Positions 6,720-16,465 of a DNA stretch of 26,026 nucleotides are shown piece after piece. The translations under genes were made by a program, and so were the position numbers. The notes beneath the pieces were generated by a model. The model was not told where the DNA came from. It made no database searches and worked only from the letters and a program-made list of their open reading frames with translations. Each line of letters begins with the position of its first letter. The stretch's first letter is position 1. The DNA comes from a virus (Duplodnaviria; Caudoviricetes): positions 1 through 26,026 of IMG/VR virus record IMGVR_UViG_3300011334_000314. The stretch is one strand, 5' to 3'.

Positions 6720-8603
6720 TTAACCGCCTAAGCGAGATTGATTTTGAATGAGTTGTTGTGCTTCTAAATTGCTTGACACTTGACCGCTTACAACGTATGC
6801 TTGAAGTGGTGGTTGTTGGTTAGGTTGAATACCCAAGTAGGCAAAGTTAGACGCGGCAGGTGCTGTCATTCCTCCACCTGTTGAACCGCTACCTATACCA
6901 CTACTACCTGTTGAACCGCCTGTACTTGCACTACCGCCACTCATAAATTTTCCTATTGTAGCTCCTGCTATTGTAGCAATTCCTGCTGCAGCACGAAGTT
7001 TAGCTGCCGTACTTGCTGTTGTTGCAAGTGTCGCACCACCGTCGGGAGAAAGTTTCCACGTTGGGTTAGCCCAATAACCTGCAATTTCTCGTTGAGTGTC
7101 TACAACTATTTGTCCTATTGCTAACGCTTTTTGTAGTACAAAAGCAACATCTGCGGCTTTTCTATTTCTTTGAAAAATAGTGCCAAGTAAATCTATTGAA
7201 GCATTTGCTAAATTCCAACGCGCTTCATATAGTTGAGTGTCCGCTGCAATAACTGCATTTTTATATTCTTCAGTAAATAGCAATCTTGTCTTATGCCCTT
7301 GCATAGAAATTTCGGTTAACTTGTCTTGCTTTATTTTTTCTTCATCTACAAGTTTTAAATTCCAAGAAACTTCCATATCGTAAACCTCTCCAAGTTCTTC
7401 ACGCTTGGCAGCAACTTTTACATTTTTCTTTTCATCTTCTAATTTTGCTAAATCTTGAACCGTTGTTTCAGTAGCAATAGCAAGTTTTGCATTTCTTAAA
7501 ATTTGTTCTTCAGCTAATAAATCATTAAGTTCTTTTTGAAGTTGTTTTTGTCTATCACTTTGAACTAAAACTTTTTTAGTTTCAATATCTTTTTGAACAA
7601 AGTTTGCTCTTTCTGTCGTGTATTGTTGCTCCGACATAATTAAGTTTTCTTTGTCAAGATTAGCTTTTATCAATCGTTGCTTTTCAGCAATAACGGATAA
7701 TTGCTGCGCTCTTGCATCTTCAAATTTTGCAATGGCTGCTCTTCTTGTTTGGTCTTCTTTATAACCTTCAATTGTTAAATTTTTCGCTTCTTCAATAAGT
7801 TTAACACGATCCGCTTCACCCTTTGCAGTTATACCGCTTAAAAGATTACGCATTTCGATTAACTTGTTTTCCTTTTCACGAATAGTATTAATATCTCCAG
7901 TTGTTCGAGCAATGGCTAACTCATTCTCTGCAACTTGTATATTATTTTGCGCTTTTTCTTTTTCAAGTTCAAGGGTTCTAAAACTTTCTCCATTTAAAGT
8001 TTTTTCTCTGGCTATACGAGCATCTAAAATTTGATTTTGTTGTTCAAGTGCTACATTTGCTTCACCTAACTTTTCTACTTTTTCTGCCGTTCCACTTAAA
8101 GCAGCATTAATCTTATCGAAGTTTAAAACAAGTAAAGCAACTGCACCACCAAGAGCGAGTAATGGATTACCAACAATAGCACCTGCAAGATTTCCTAAAC
8201 CTTTAATTAAACCACCTACTTCATCTTTTAATGTATTAAAATCTATTCGAGAAACAGCGTTACCCATTGCAGATAAAGACTGCCCTGCTCCTTTCAAGTC
8301 CAAGTCCATTAAGCGCGAACCGAACAAAGAAACGTTATTTGAAAGACCCTCAAACGCGTTACCTGCGTTAGCATTAATTTCAGCACTTAAATCTCCGATG
8401 TTATCCTTTAACTCGGCAGCACGAGCGGACGCTTTCTTAAACTCTTCACTTGAAGAATCCATTTGTAACAACTGCTGTTGTAACGCGCGGAGTTCAGCCT
8501 TTGCGCTCTTAAATCCTGTTGCCGTATTTTCGGCTGCCGTAGCGGTTTCGCCAAGTACACGCGTCGCGTTTGTGCCTACATTAAAATCTATCGTGTTTGC
8601 CAT
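6720..8603 (-). CDS. Tail tape measure protein
   Basis: 627 aa, Ala/Leu/Glu/Lys-rich coiled coil with a hydrophobic segment; C-terminal QAYVVSGQVSSNLEA motif. Confidence 0.8.
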   Translation of the reverse strand: MANTIDFNVGTNATRVLGETATAAENTATGFKSAKAELRALQQQLLQMDSSSEEFKKASARAAELKDNIGDLSAEINANAGNAFEGLSNNVSLFGSRLMDLDLKGAGQSLSAMGNAVSRIDFNTLKDEVGGLIKGLGNLAGAIVGNPLLALGGAVALLVLNFDKINAALSGTAEKVEKLGEANVALEQQNQILDARIAREKTLNGESFRTLELEKEKAQNNIQVAENELAIARTTGDINTIREKENKLIEMRNLLSGITAKGEADRVKLIEEAKNLTIEGYKEDQTRRAAIAKFEDARAQQLSVIAEKQRLIKANLDKENLIMSEQQYTTERANFVQKDIETKKVLVQSDRQKQLQKELNDLLAEEQILRNAKLAIATETTVQDLAKLEDEKKNVKVAAKREELGEVYDMEVSWNLKLVDEEKIKQDKLTEISMQGHKTRLLFTEEYKNAVIAADTQLYEARWNLANASIDLLGTIFQRNRKAADVAFVLQKALAIGQIVVDTQREIAGYWANPTWKLSPDGGATLATTASTAAKLRAAAGIATIAGATIGKFMSGGSASTGGSTGSSGIGSGSTGGGMTAPAASNFAYLGIQPNQQPPLQAYVVSGQVSSNLEAQQLIQNQSRLGG

Positions 8604-8821
8604 TAGAAGAATATGTTATAAAGAATAAATATCCAGAACGCTGCGTTTACCGAAATACGCGCTACTTTCCACAACCAATACTTGAACATTGATAGCTTAC
8701 GTTTTCCGTTAGCCATTGTACCGTGTTCCGTGTTGGTCTTCATATCCAACTTAATGAACTCCAAACAAGCGATCATTGAGTGCGCTTTATTTTGAAGATG
8801 TACCTTTGAAGTCTGCTCCAT
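8603..8821 (-). CDS. Small membrane protein (C-terminal TM helix)
   Basis: 72 aa ending ISVNAAFWIFILYNIFF; stop overlaps the tape measure start; start uncertain. Confidence 0.6.
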   Translation of the reverse strand: MEQTSKVHLQNKAHSMIACLEFIKLDMKTNTEHGTMANGKRKLSMFKYWLWKVARISVNAAFWIFILYNIFF

Positions 8822-11438
8822 TGCTTATAATTGTTATTGTGTCCCCTGCTGCGCTTAGTGTAATGCTTCCGCTACCTTCAACCGTTTCGCCTGTGTATGC
8901 TTGTATTGTTAGTACGTTAGCACCCGAAACAACGCGTTGAATTATAAATTCGCGCCCTGCCGTCGTCGTTGCGGAAGGCAAATAGATAGTAATGTTGTTA
9001 CTCGTTGTGTCTGCGAAAACCATTCTATCAAAATTTGTTATAACGTAGTCCGTTGTTATCGTCTTAACAGGTTGCGAAACTCCTGCGTTAAATCTAACAG
9101 GCGCTCCAAAGTCAGTAGGTGCTAACGTTGGCGCTTGTGCCGTTAATAAAGAACGTGTTCCGTTGTTTGGCTTGTTGTAACAATCGCCTTTTGTGCTGTT
9201 CCAATTATAACCGAAACGCAAACAACATTCTTCAGTTACCGTTGCAGGGTCTCCGTTGGGGGTTTCCCAATTCATCGTTTGGTTTAGATTAGATGAAACA
9301 GGTGTAAGGTCGCAGTCGTTGTCTATATCAAGAAGGCGAATAAGTTTTACTTTAGTCATATCTTGCTCGCCTACAACGTAGCCTTCGATGTCTAACACGC
9401 GCCACCAAGAATCTACTATCCAAATCTTATCGCTGTATTGAAACGTAAAAATATCGTTTAATGTTAACGCAAACATTCCTTCCATTATACGCGCTTGTCC
9501 GTCGTACAATTCGCGGTAGTAATTGCGCCACCAACGATTATATAAGTTGTTATAAGGAATTGCTGTTATCGTGTGAAGTGGTATTTCGGGAGCGAAGTTT
9601 AAGTCCTTGTCTAATACGTCTGGGTTTGTCGTCGAATAGTTGCTTAAGCAAGGCACTGAAGTTGAAACAACCTCATCGGCTACTTCGTCGTAGATGTTTA
9701 CGTTGAAGTCATTCGCGTAATAAAGAATACGCGGTTTAGGTTGTACGAATTGTCCTTCTGAATTGATAAATTTCGGAACTATTACCCCTGTGTTCTCAAC
9801 AGTTGAACAAGGCGAAGGTGCAAAAGATAGTTCTACTTTTTCTTCGCCTGTCGCGAACTCGTTAATTATTTCGAAGTCGCTTTCACTTACTTCGTATGTT
9901 CCGAAGATATGCCCATTGTCTTTGTATAACGAGTTGTAATAGTCGCCGTCTTCGGTATAGGTAAAAGTGAATTTCGCTTTTTGCAAGTCGGTCGTCGGGT
10001 AGTACGTTATGTCTTTTGATAGGTCGAGTTTATTTGTCCAATCTAAAGTGTTGCCACTTGCGATGTATTCAACAAGTGGCTCAATTCTTAAAGTGTTTGG
10101 TAAACTTCTATCGGGAACAAAGGCAAGATTGAACATCTTTTGAATTGACGTTAAGAAGTCAATTTGCTTCATATCGGGAGCATTGAACTCCATTACGCAA
10201 GTGTCGCCTGTTAAAGAAGTTCCAACGCTTACTAACTCAATACCTGTTCCTGTGTAATCGTTTACTCCATTGCCTACAAAAGAAATGCTGAAACTCGAAG
10301 TGTTTTGAGCGCCACTAACTCCCTCAATTTTTATTTTTAATGTATCTCCTGCATTTAATGAAAGAGTAACAGTATTATCTTTTATAAAGGTGTGTGAATA
10401 TAGATTTGAATTATCTGTAAAATTGTTATAAGTAGAATCTACAAACACGTCGTTCACATAATAAAAATAACTTAAAAATAAATCGGTTACATAATTACTT
10501 CCCGAAGAAGTAGCTGTTCCATTTGCCCAAATTCTAAAAGTAAATTGACCGCTAAAAGGTGCTGTATAAACTCCACTACTCCAATCGTTACCTGCGTCCT
10601 CATATTCCGTTAATGGCAAGTAAAAATTCTTTATATTATTTGTTGGTGTAAAAGAAAAGGTTTGGTTTGTTGAGTACGCAAGTGTACTCGCAATATCATT
10701 CAATCCCAACGCACTATTCAAATACTGACCATTCACAAAAGGAACGTACACGTTATCTAAACAATCGGCTAAGTTGTCGCTCGTCCATTGTATCCCTGCG
10801 TCTTGCATTATTTGACTAAACAAGTATGAGGCTTTTACAGCAGGTGTTAAGTGTCCGACGTAAAGCGGTTTGTACAATTCAATAGCAACAAAAGATGTTG
10901 AATAGATAGGCTGTCCAAAAGGATTCGTAGCGGTTAAATTCCACTTATCGCACAGCGTTAGAATCGTGTGTTCATTCGGCGGTGTTTCAACGTTAGCGTG
11001 TAAAAGGTCGTAGTCTAAATCACCTGCAACAATGCTCTCAATGTCTTTTAGTTTTTTCTCGTTCAACAGACGTGAAAGGTTCGGTACTTCACCAAAGAAC
11101 ACCACTTCAAACTCGAACAATTTTCCACTTTGCCAGTACAACTTTTTAACTTGAATATGTCCTGTTGCAATGGGTATCGTATTTACCGTTAACGACGCGT
11201 CAACCTTCTTTCTAAAGTCAAACCAACCGTTGAAGTTTACGTTGAAGATAGCGCCGAAAAAGTCTACGTTAGTTTTACTCGCAGGAATACGAAATTCTTG
11301 CGAGTAGTTACCGATAGAACTAAAGTTCGTTAGATCCGTGAACTTGTAATTAAGATGAACTTTTTCATTCTCGTAAAGGTCTATCGTCGCTGCGTTGCCG
11401 TCGTTATCGGTAAGCGTTAGTATTACTTCGTTAATCAT
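8787..11438 (-). CDS. Tail tip / baseplate hub protein with C-terminal beta domain
   Basis: 883 aa; IDLYENE, YSQEFRIPAS..N, APDMKQIDFL.SI.KMFNL and LRIEP motifs typical of Bacteroidota siphovirus tail proteins. Confidence 0.7.
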   Translation of the reverse strand: MINEVILTLTDNDGNAATIDLYENEKVHLNYKFTDLTNFSSIGNYSQEFRIPASKTNVDFFGAIFNVNFNGWFDFRKKVDASLTVNTIPIATGHIQVKKLYWQSGKLFEFEVVFFGEVPNLSRLLNEKKLKDIESIVAGDLDYDLLHANVETPPNEHTILTLCDKWNLTATNPFGQPIYSTSFVAIELYKPLYVGHLTPAVKASYLFSQIMQDAGIQWTSDNLADCLDNVYVPFVNGQYLNSALGLNDIASTLAYSTNQTFSFTPTNNIKNFYLPLTEYEDAGNDWSSGVYTAPFSGQFTFRIWANGTATSSGSNYVTDLFLSYFYYVNDVFVDSTYNNFTDNSNLYSHTFIKDNTVTLSLNAGDTLKIKIEGVSGAQNTSSFSISFVGNGVNDYTGTGIELVSVGTSLTGDTCVMEFNAPDMKQIDFLTSIQKMFNLAFVPDRSLPNTLRIEPLVEYIASGNTLDWTNKLDLSKDITYYPTTDLQKAKFTFTYTEDGDYYNSLYKDNGHIFGTYEVSESDFEIINEFATGEEKVELSFAPSPCSTVENTGVIVPKFINSEGQFVQPKPRILYYANDFNVNIYDEVADEVVSTSVPCLSNYSTTNPDVLDKDLNFAPEIPLHTITAIPYNNLYNRWWRNYYRELYDGQARIMEGMFALTLNDIFTFQYSDKIWIVDSWWRVLDIEGYVVGEQDMTKVKLIRLLDIDNDCDLTPVSSNLNQTMNWETPNGDPATVTEECCLRFGYNWNSTKGDCYNKPNNGTRSLLTAQAPTLAPTDFGAPVRFNAGVSQPVKTITTDYVITNFDRMVFADTTSNNITIYLPSATTTAGREFIIQRVVSGANVLTIQAYTGETVEGSGSITLSAAGDTITIISNGADFKGTSSK

Positions 11439-12676
11439 AAGCCGACAGGTTGAGAGTATTTAAGGTTCAAAGTAACATTGTAAAGTTTTGAGTAGCGCTC
11501 GTCCTTAATAACAAAATTCTGAGCGTCAACTAAAACAGGTGTCATTGTTCCGTCGTCGTTGATTATAAATACGTCGTTTGAACGGCAAAGCGTTTGTAAT
11601 AGGTTGAACTCTCCAACCGACACCCAGTCGCTGTTTATTTGTAGTCCTTTTGTCGTGTTTACATAACGGTCGGTTGTACCTCTGTCGTATGTGTTGAAAC
11701 CAAACGTCGAAGCGTTGTAGTCACCTACTACTTTTTGGTATTGCTTCCTTTCGTAATTGTACGATAGCTCCGACTTCTTCGTGAAGTTGAAGTAATCCAC
11801 ACCGCCAACAGTATTCGACCAACCCAAACGCACATTGTTAAAACGGCAATCGTCAGCGATAAGGTAAAAACAATACACGCGTGAAGCAGGTGTGTAAATG
11901 GGGAAGGCAATTTCTTCACCTGCTTGTATTGTATAGTATTTAACATTCGTAAAATCTACTCCGTCATTAATTAAATTTGCAGGGTAAGCACCTAAACGTG
12001 AAACACTGTTCAAGTCTTCGTTTGGAATTGTGTAATTTGTAGCGTCTATTATCTCATCATTGTTGTCGTAAGTTGTTAAATACAAATTATTCGCTACGTT
12101 ATCAACTAAAAGTCCGTTATTGCTTATTGAATACAACTGCCCAAAGTCAGCTAATCGCGTTGGTATGTACACCCAGTCGCTCGAAAGTCCGCGTGCTGCC
12201 GCCTCGTTCCACTTGTGCGTATCTTTCGTTCTTTCACTCATCAAGTATTTAGACGTTCCGTCCATAGCATAGCGAACATTCGGATCGGGTTTGTACCCGT
12301 CGCTTATTTGATACTCTGCGAGGAACGCGTACACGTCGTCAATGTCAGCCATTCCGCTACCGCTTACTGTGAATATGCCGTCTACGAGCCACCCTTCTTT
12401 TATCGTGCAAGAGATGAAAGCAACACTTGTATTTTCAATAGCTATATTCGATTCGCTTGCCGTTCCTGCGTCGTGGCGCAGTTGTTCTCTGAATATCGGC
12501 GCAAGGTCAAGTATTCCTTTGTTTGCAGCGTTGGGTTGAACGTTCACTTGGAAAGAACCGAAGTCGAACACATAACGAAATCCTGCGTTCGCTACATTCG
12601 TTGAACTGCAAACGATCATCAGTCGTTGACCGATAGGTGTGTATTGGTATGGTTGTTCGTTTATTGTAATTGCCAT
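11435..12676 (-). CDS. Tail structural protein (distal-tail-like)
   Basis: 413 aa; W.N.VGG.DYF.F, INSDWV and L..S..V C-terminal motifs; directly upstream of the hub with ATGA overlap. Confidence 0.6.
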   Translation of the reverse strand: MAITINEQPYQYTPIGQRLMIVCSSTNVANAGFRYVFDFGSFQVNVQPNAANKGILDLAPIFREQLRHDAGTASESNIAIENTSVAFISCTIKEGWLVDGIFTVSGSGMADIDDVYAFLAEYQISDGYKPDPNVRYAMDGTSKYLMSERTKDTHKWNEAAARGLSSDWVYIPTRLADFGQLYSISNNGLLVDNVANNLYLTTYDNNDEIIDATNYTIPNEDLNSVSRLGAYPANLINDGVDFTNVKYYTIQAGEEIAFPIYTPASRVYCFYLIADDCRFNNVRLGWSNTVGGVDYFNFTKKSELSYNYERKQYQKVVGDYNASTFGFNTYDRGTTDRYVNTTKGLQINSDWVSVGEFNLLQTLCRSNDVFIINDDGTMTPVLVDAQNFVIKDERYSKLYNVTLNLKYSQPVGL

Positions 12677-12679
12677 ATT

Positions 12680-13216
12680 TTAAATGTCTTTTAATTGATT
12701 CTCTATTACTGCGTTAAAGTCTTTGCCGTATGCTTCAACTACCTTAGCCTCGTATTCGTCCCATATATTCTCCATTGCGTAGTCGAACGCGTGCCAACCT
12801 TTTATTCCGTCGCGTCCTATCTTGCGAGCAATTAAGAAAGCAACTTGTTTTTTTAATGATTCAGTCGACTTCTTTATTTTACCGCTTTCTTTGTCGCGTA
12901 ATCTTATCGGCTTAATTCGTATCCATTCAAGAATCGCGCTTACGGGCGGTTGCTTGCCTGGTCTCCTTCCGTTCTCTCGTGCTAAAAAATACTGCGACGC
13001 TTTACCCTTTGCGTAGATTGAAATATCTATCGACTTACCTTTAATCTTCAACCTGTAAGCGAGCGACTTTTCGAGCGTACCACTTGCAACCGCGTTCGTA
13101 TAGTTGCGTCCAACCTTTCGCTTTAAGCGATAGTCGGACTGCATCAATTCGACAAAGCGTTTAGCCATGTCATTTACGACCGCAAAGAAGTTGGGTGCGC
13201 TCTGTTCGTTAGCCAT
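12680..13216 (-). CDS. Tail completion / neck protein (HK97 gp10-like)
   Basis: Basic 178 aa; ASG.L..S, E.GRRPGKQPP...I..W and AFLIARKI...GI motifs. Confidence 0.7.
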   Translation of the reverse strand: MANEQSAPNFFAVVNDMAKRFVELMQSDYRLKRKVGRNYTNAVASGTLEKSLAYRLKIKGKSIDISIYAKGKASQYFLARENGRRPGKQPPVSAILEWIRIKPIRLRDKESGKIKKSTESLKKQVAFLIARKIGRDGIKGWHAFDYAMENIWDEYEAKVVEAYGKDFNAVIENQLKDI

Positions 13217-13352
13217 TTATTACTTCGTCGGTTACTTGGTCGGTTACTTCCTCAGTTACTATTGTATAATTTCCCCACTCAATAGCTTCTTGCTCGTTGA
13301 GCGTTTCGATGTAACCATTTTCGGTTATCATTCGGTACTTTGTGATTATCAT
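13209..13352 (-). CDS. Small acidic protein (47 aa, MIITKYRMITENGYIETLNEQEAIEWGNY...), possible fibre assembly partner; not in ORF track
   Basis: ATGA overlap with the 784-aa gene stop; stop overlaps the next start; 3' end has 12-bp tandem repeats. Confidence 0.7.
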   Translation of the reverse strand: MIITKYRMITENGYIETLNEQEAIEWGNYTIVTEEVTDQVTDEVING

Positions 13353-15703
13353 GTGCGTGGTGTTGTTAATACGTTTTCATATCCTAAATAGTCGCAGAAT
13401 ACACTTCTATTTGTTATGCCTATTGTTTTGACAATTGATTGCTTTACGTTAAATCCACGAGGATTATTGGCAGCAAGCCATTTAGGAATATTGGTTGTAT
13501 GTGTAGCTGCTAAAGTTCCGTTAATATAGAAAGCAACTGAACTAGCCGCTGCATTAACTTCTATTCTTAACTTAGTCCACGCTCCTGCTGTTACAGCTAC
13601 CGATGTTGTTGTAAGTGTACGAACAGCTCCATTACAGGTCTGCGTTTGCCAATTAGGAGTAGCGGAAGTTCCGTTCTGAGTTGCGCCCTCATCGTAAGTA
13701 AAAAATGTTCCGTTGCCTTCAGCTCCATTTGTTGCTGAACTTCCAAAACCTGCAATAAATCTAAATCTTTCCAAAGATGTAGAAAGTGTTTCTACGCAAA
13801 CATATGTTTCAAATACCCACGCACCACCGCCAAAGAAAAATTGAGAACCAACAAAACCTTCGTTAATATGCGTAGCGTAAGCCGTTGCCGTTGTTCCTGT
13901 TTGATACTGACAAAATCCTATTTGACTTGCAGTTGCGTTTGGTATATTCGTTACTTGTCGAATAACACTTGCTCCTGCTCCACTTGTAAATTGTGTAAAG
14001 TTTGGAGTTTGATTTCCTGTATTATCAAAGTCGGTAAAATACTGAATGCCTCGCTTAAATTTGTCAATAAAAGATAATCCATTAACCGCGTCAACCGTTG
14101 GAAATTTAACGCCTGTTCCGTCTACTGCTAATGAGTTTTGTTTGTTGGCTGCGTTTTCGGGTGTGTAACCTAAAGCACTTGCAACCGTTTTGTTTTTCCA
14201 AAGAGTTGTAGAACTTTCATAAGTCAACACGTTGTTGTTTGCAGGTGTCGTAATGCTTACGTTGTGCAATTCGTCCAACTCCCAACCGTTCATTATCTTC
14301 ACATAAATCTTTCCGTTATTCGCGTGTGCGTATTCAACGTATCCTATCACAACAATGTGTCCTGTCGCGCCTGTTGGCTTAATGTTAGTAAGCGCACCTG
14401 CCGTAGTTGGTGAAAGGTAAAGAACGTCTCCGTCTGCCCACGTTTCACCTTGTAAACTTCCTGTTGTGTTAATGCTTTCAAGTTGACCTACCGTCTGAAT
14501 AAATCCTTCTTGGTTGGTTGCTATCGTTTCGCAAACAATGCCTATTGTATCTGCGCTGTTGTTGTCGTTGTTTGCTTGCGCTAATTCAACGGCTAACCTT
14601 TGACCTTGCGCACCGCTAACGCGTACTGCCTGATAAGCCGCCTTCGTTAAGGTAGTGTTTGGAGTTACTTTGTTGACTACTCTTGCTACAAGGTCAACTC
14701 CGTTCTTTAAAGAAACAGTACCACCTTTTAAAAGTGTTTCGCTGCTACCTATTGTATTGTTCCAACGAGTAGCGCCTACGACGTAACCTGCACCCGAAGG
14801 ACTAACGTTTAACGCTATGTGGTCGGCTGTTAAGTTATGCGTTCCCAAGTCTACATCGGCAGTAGCACCAACGTAAGGAACAAAGCCGCTCACGTCTGGT
14901 ATCGTTGGCTTGTTGTCTAAGTCGTTGTAGTCATTTGAAAAACCGACAGCGCTAATGCTCGTTATGTCAGCTTTTAAAAGCATTTCTTCTTGCAAGTCGT
15001 CAATGGCTGCTTCAATGTCAATTATTGTTTGACACGTTCCAATTGTCGCACACGTTAAACCTACTTCGTCGGTCAAAAGATACCAACCACGCACCCCTTC
15101 GTCATTCGTTCCGTAGTAATAATTCGGCGAAGGTGTTGCTTCGTCGTTCACTAAAGAAACGTTTCCGTTTTCGTCGCGTGTGATACTATCAATGAACGTC
15201 AAGATTGAACCTGTGCCGCCTGTTGAACTTTCGAAGAAGTCATTCCACTCCGCAGGAATAGAACAAGCGTCCCAATAGTAAGGAACAAGCAAATCTAAAC
15301 TAACCGTCCAACCCGTTAGCGTATTGTGAAATTCTTCTAAGAATGGTTCAAGGCTTACGTTTTGTACTGTGATTAAGTCGCCGAACAAAACGCGGTGGTT
15401 TGTAATCTCAGCTATTAAGTCTTCAGCGATTCGTTGAAGGTCGGATAAGACCTCGCGTTGAAATTCTACTTTGTCGTCTTTGTCTCTCGGAAGATCCGCA
15501 AGAACTATCTGAAAACTAAACGTCTTCATTCCCTTCGCATACGTCACGTTAGAAGGCACGACGTGCATAAAAGGATATTCGGTAAACTTCTCTAAGTCTG
15601 CCGTGTCAATCTGACCGTGTGAAAAGGTCTTTAATATAAAGTGTCCAGAGGCAAATGCCTTGAACCTATCTATAAGCGCGTTGTAGCTTTGTGCGTTCGA
15701 CAT
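13349..15703 (-). CDS. Tail-terminator-like N-terminal domain fused to fibre and lectin-like domains
   Basis: aa 1-155 with YPFMHV, EPF.E.F...LTGW and C.IP motifs; middle GDVLYLSPTTAGALT..KP fibre-type segment; C-terminal W.KLRIEVN..V.FYING ConA-like motif. Confidence 0.6.
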   Translation of the reverse strand: MSNAQSYNALIDRFKAFASGHFILKTFSHGQIDTADLEKFTEYPFMHVVPSNVTYAKGMKTFSFQIVLADLPRDKDDKVEFQREVLSDLQRIAEDLIAEITNHRVLFGDLITVQNVSLEPFLEEFHNTLTGWTVSLDLLVPYYWDACSIPAEWNDFFESSTGGTGSILTFIDSITRDENGNVSLVNDEATPSPNYYYGTNDEGVRGWYLLTDEVGLTCATIGTCQTIIDIEAAIDDLQEEMLLKADITSISAVGFSNDYNDLDNKPTIPDVSGFVPYVGATADVDLGTHNLTADHIALNVSPSGAGYVVGATRWNNTIGSSETLLKGGTVSLKNGVDLVARVVNKVTPNTTLTKAAYQAVRVSGAQGQRLAVELAQANNDNNSADTIGIVCETIATNQEGFIQTVGQLESINTTGSLQGETWADGDVLYLSPTTAGALTNIKPTGATGHIVVIGYVEYAHANNGKIYVKIMNGWELDELHNVSITTPANNNVLTYESSTTLWKNKTVASALGYTPENAANKQNSLAVDGTGVKFPTVDAVNGLSFIDKFKRGIQYFTDFDNTGNQTPNFTQFTSGAGASVIRQVTNIPNATASQIGFCQYQTGTTATAYATHINEGFVGSQFFFGGGAWVFETYVCVETLSTSLERFRFIAGFGSSATNGAEGNGTFFTYDEGATQNGTSATPNWQTQTCNGAVRTLTTTSVAVTAGAWTKLRIEVNAAASSVAFYINGTLAATHTTNIPKWLAANNPRGFNVKQSIVKTIGITNRSVFCDYLGYENVLTTPRT

Positions 15704-16423
15704 AATTGTAGTCTATTAGGTAAGTCATATAAGTAAATATCTCCCACGCGGATTTTTCCGTAATTGCGTCTAACTTTGTTATATCGCGTCCGCAGGCTTC
15801 CATAAAAAGGTGATACCAACCGTAGCGTCCCAACACTTGGTTTAGTCCTTCTCGGTCGTCAATTGCTCCATTTCCTTCGTCAACTTCTTCACCTCGTTCT
15901 CCAAATAATCGAGCGAAGTGCTGCTTAGTTCGGTTAGCAAAGTCGAAAAAAAAAGCATCGCGCCATTAAATTGTTCAAGTGTCATTTGTTCAACATACGA
16001 TTCAACGAGTTCACGATTTGCTTTGCTGTGTGGTACAATGGTGTACTTCGAACCTACGCGCTTGTCAATGGGGCGGTAAAGCGTCCCCATTATCTTCACT
16101 ATGTTTGCGTTCACGTCACTTGCCCAGGTGCTTATGTCCGCATACTCACCCATTGAAATAGAGTAAAGGTCGGGAATAAAACCAAAGTCCTTATCCTTAA
16201 TTGTTATTGTTTCAAAGAACTTCGCGCTTTCGTTTGCAAGTGTGTCTTGAAAAGCGCCGAGTAGGGTCGGCAAATGTTGGAAGGGGATTTGTTCCGCTTG
16301 TTCCTTCAGTAGGTTACTAATGCTAACCAACTTGTCTATGTCACTTTTCGCTGCGTGGTAGTCAAGGTATTGCTTGACGCTGATTGAAGAATAGTCAGCA
16401 GGTATGCTTACTTTGATGCTCAT
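15666..16423 (-). CDS. Tail assembly chaperone, -1 frameshift-extended form (~252 aa, lambda gpGT analogue)
   Basis: T9 slippery run at 15946-15954; the -1 frame stays open for 93 codons (..RYGWYHLF..GRDITKLDAIT..) to TAG at 15666-15668. Confidence 0.75.
15842..16423 (-). CDS. Tail assembly chaperone, short form (lambda gpG analogue)
   Basis: 193 aa; FGFIPDL..IS.GEYADI and LYRPI motifs; GAMLFF lies at the slippery site. Confidence 0.7.
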   Translation of the reverse strand: MSIKVSIPADYSSISVKQYLDYHAAKSDIDKLVSISNLLKEQAEQIPFQHLPTLLGAFQDTLANESAKFFETITIKDKDFGFIPDLYSISMGEYADISTWASDVNANIVKIMGTLYRPIDKRVGSKYTIVPHSKANRELVESYVEQMTLEQFNGAMLFFSTLLTELSSTSLDYLENEVKKLTKEMEQLTTEKD

Positions 16424-16465
16424 TTGTTTGTTGTTTAATATCTACAATATCAGTTCTTTTGTTGA

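Noticed and set aside
6870-6945. Repeated CCTGTTGAACCGC in the tape measure 3' end
   Set aside because: Encodes a Gly/Ser linker (GSTG repeats); ordinary coding repeat
13218-13260. 12-bp tandem repeats (AAGTAACCGAC-like) as a possible CRISPR array or iterons
   Set aside because: No spacers; they encode EVTD/QVTD repeats at the end of a 47-aa ORF
13349-14080. Fibre C-terminus as a diversity-generating retroelement target
   Set aside because: No reverse transcriptase and no template/variable repeat pair seen in the window
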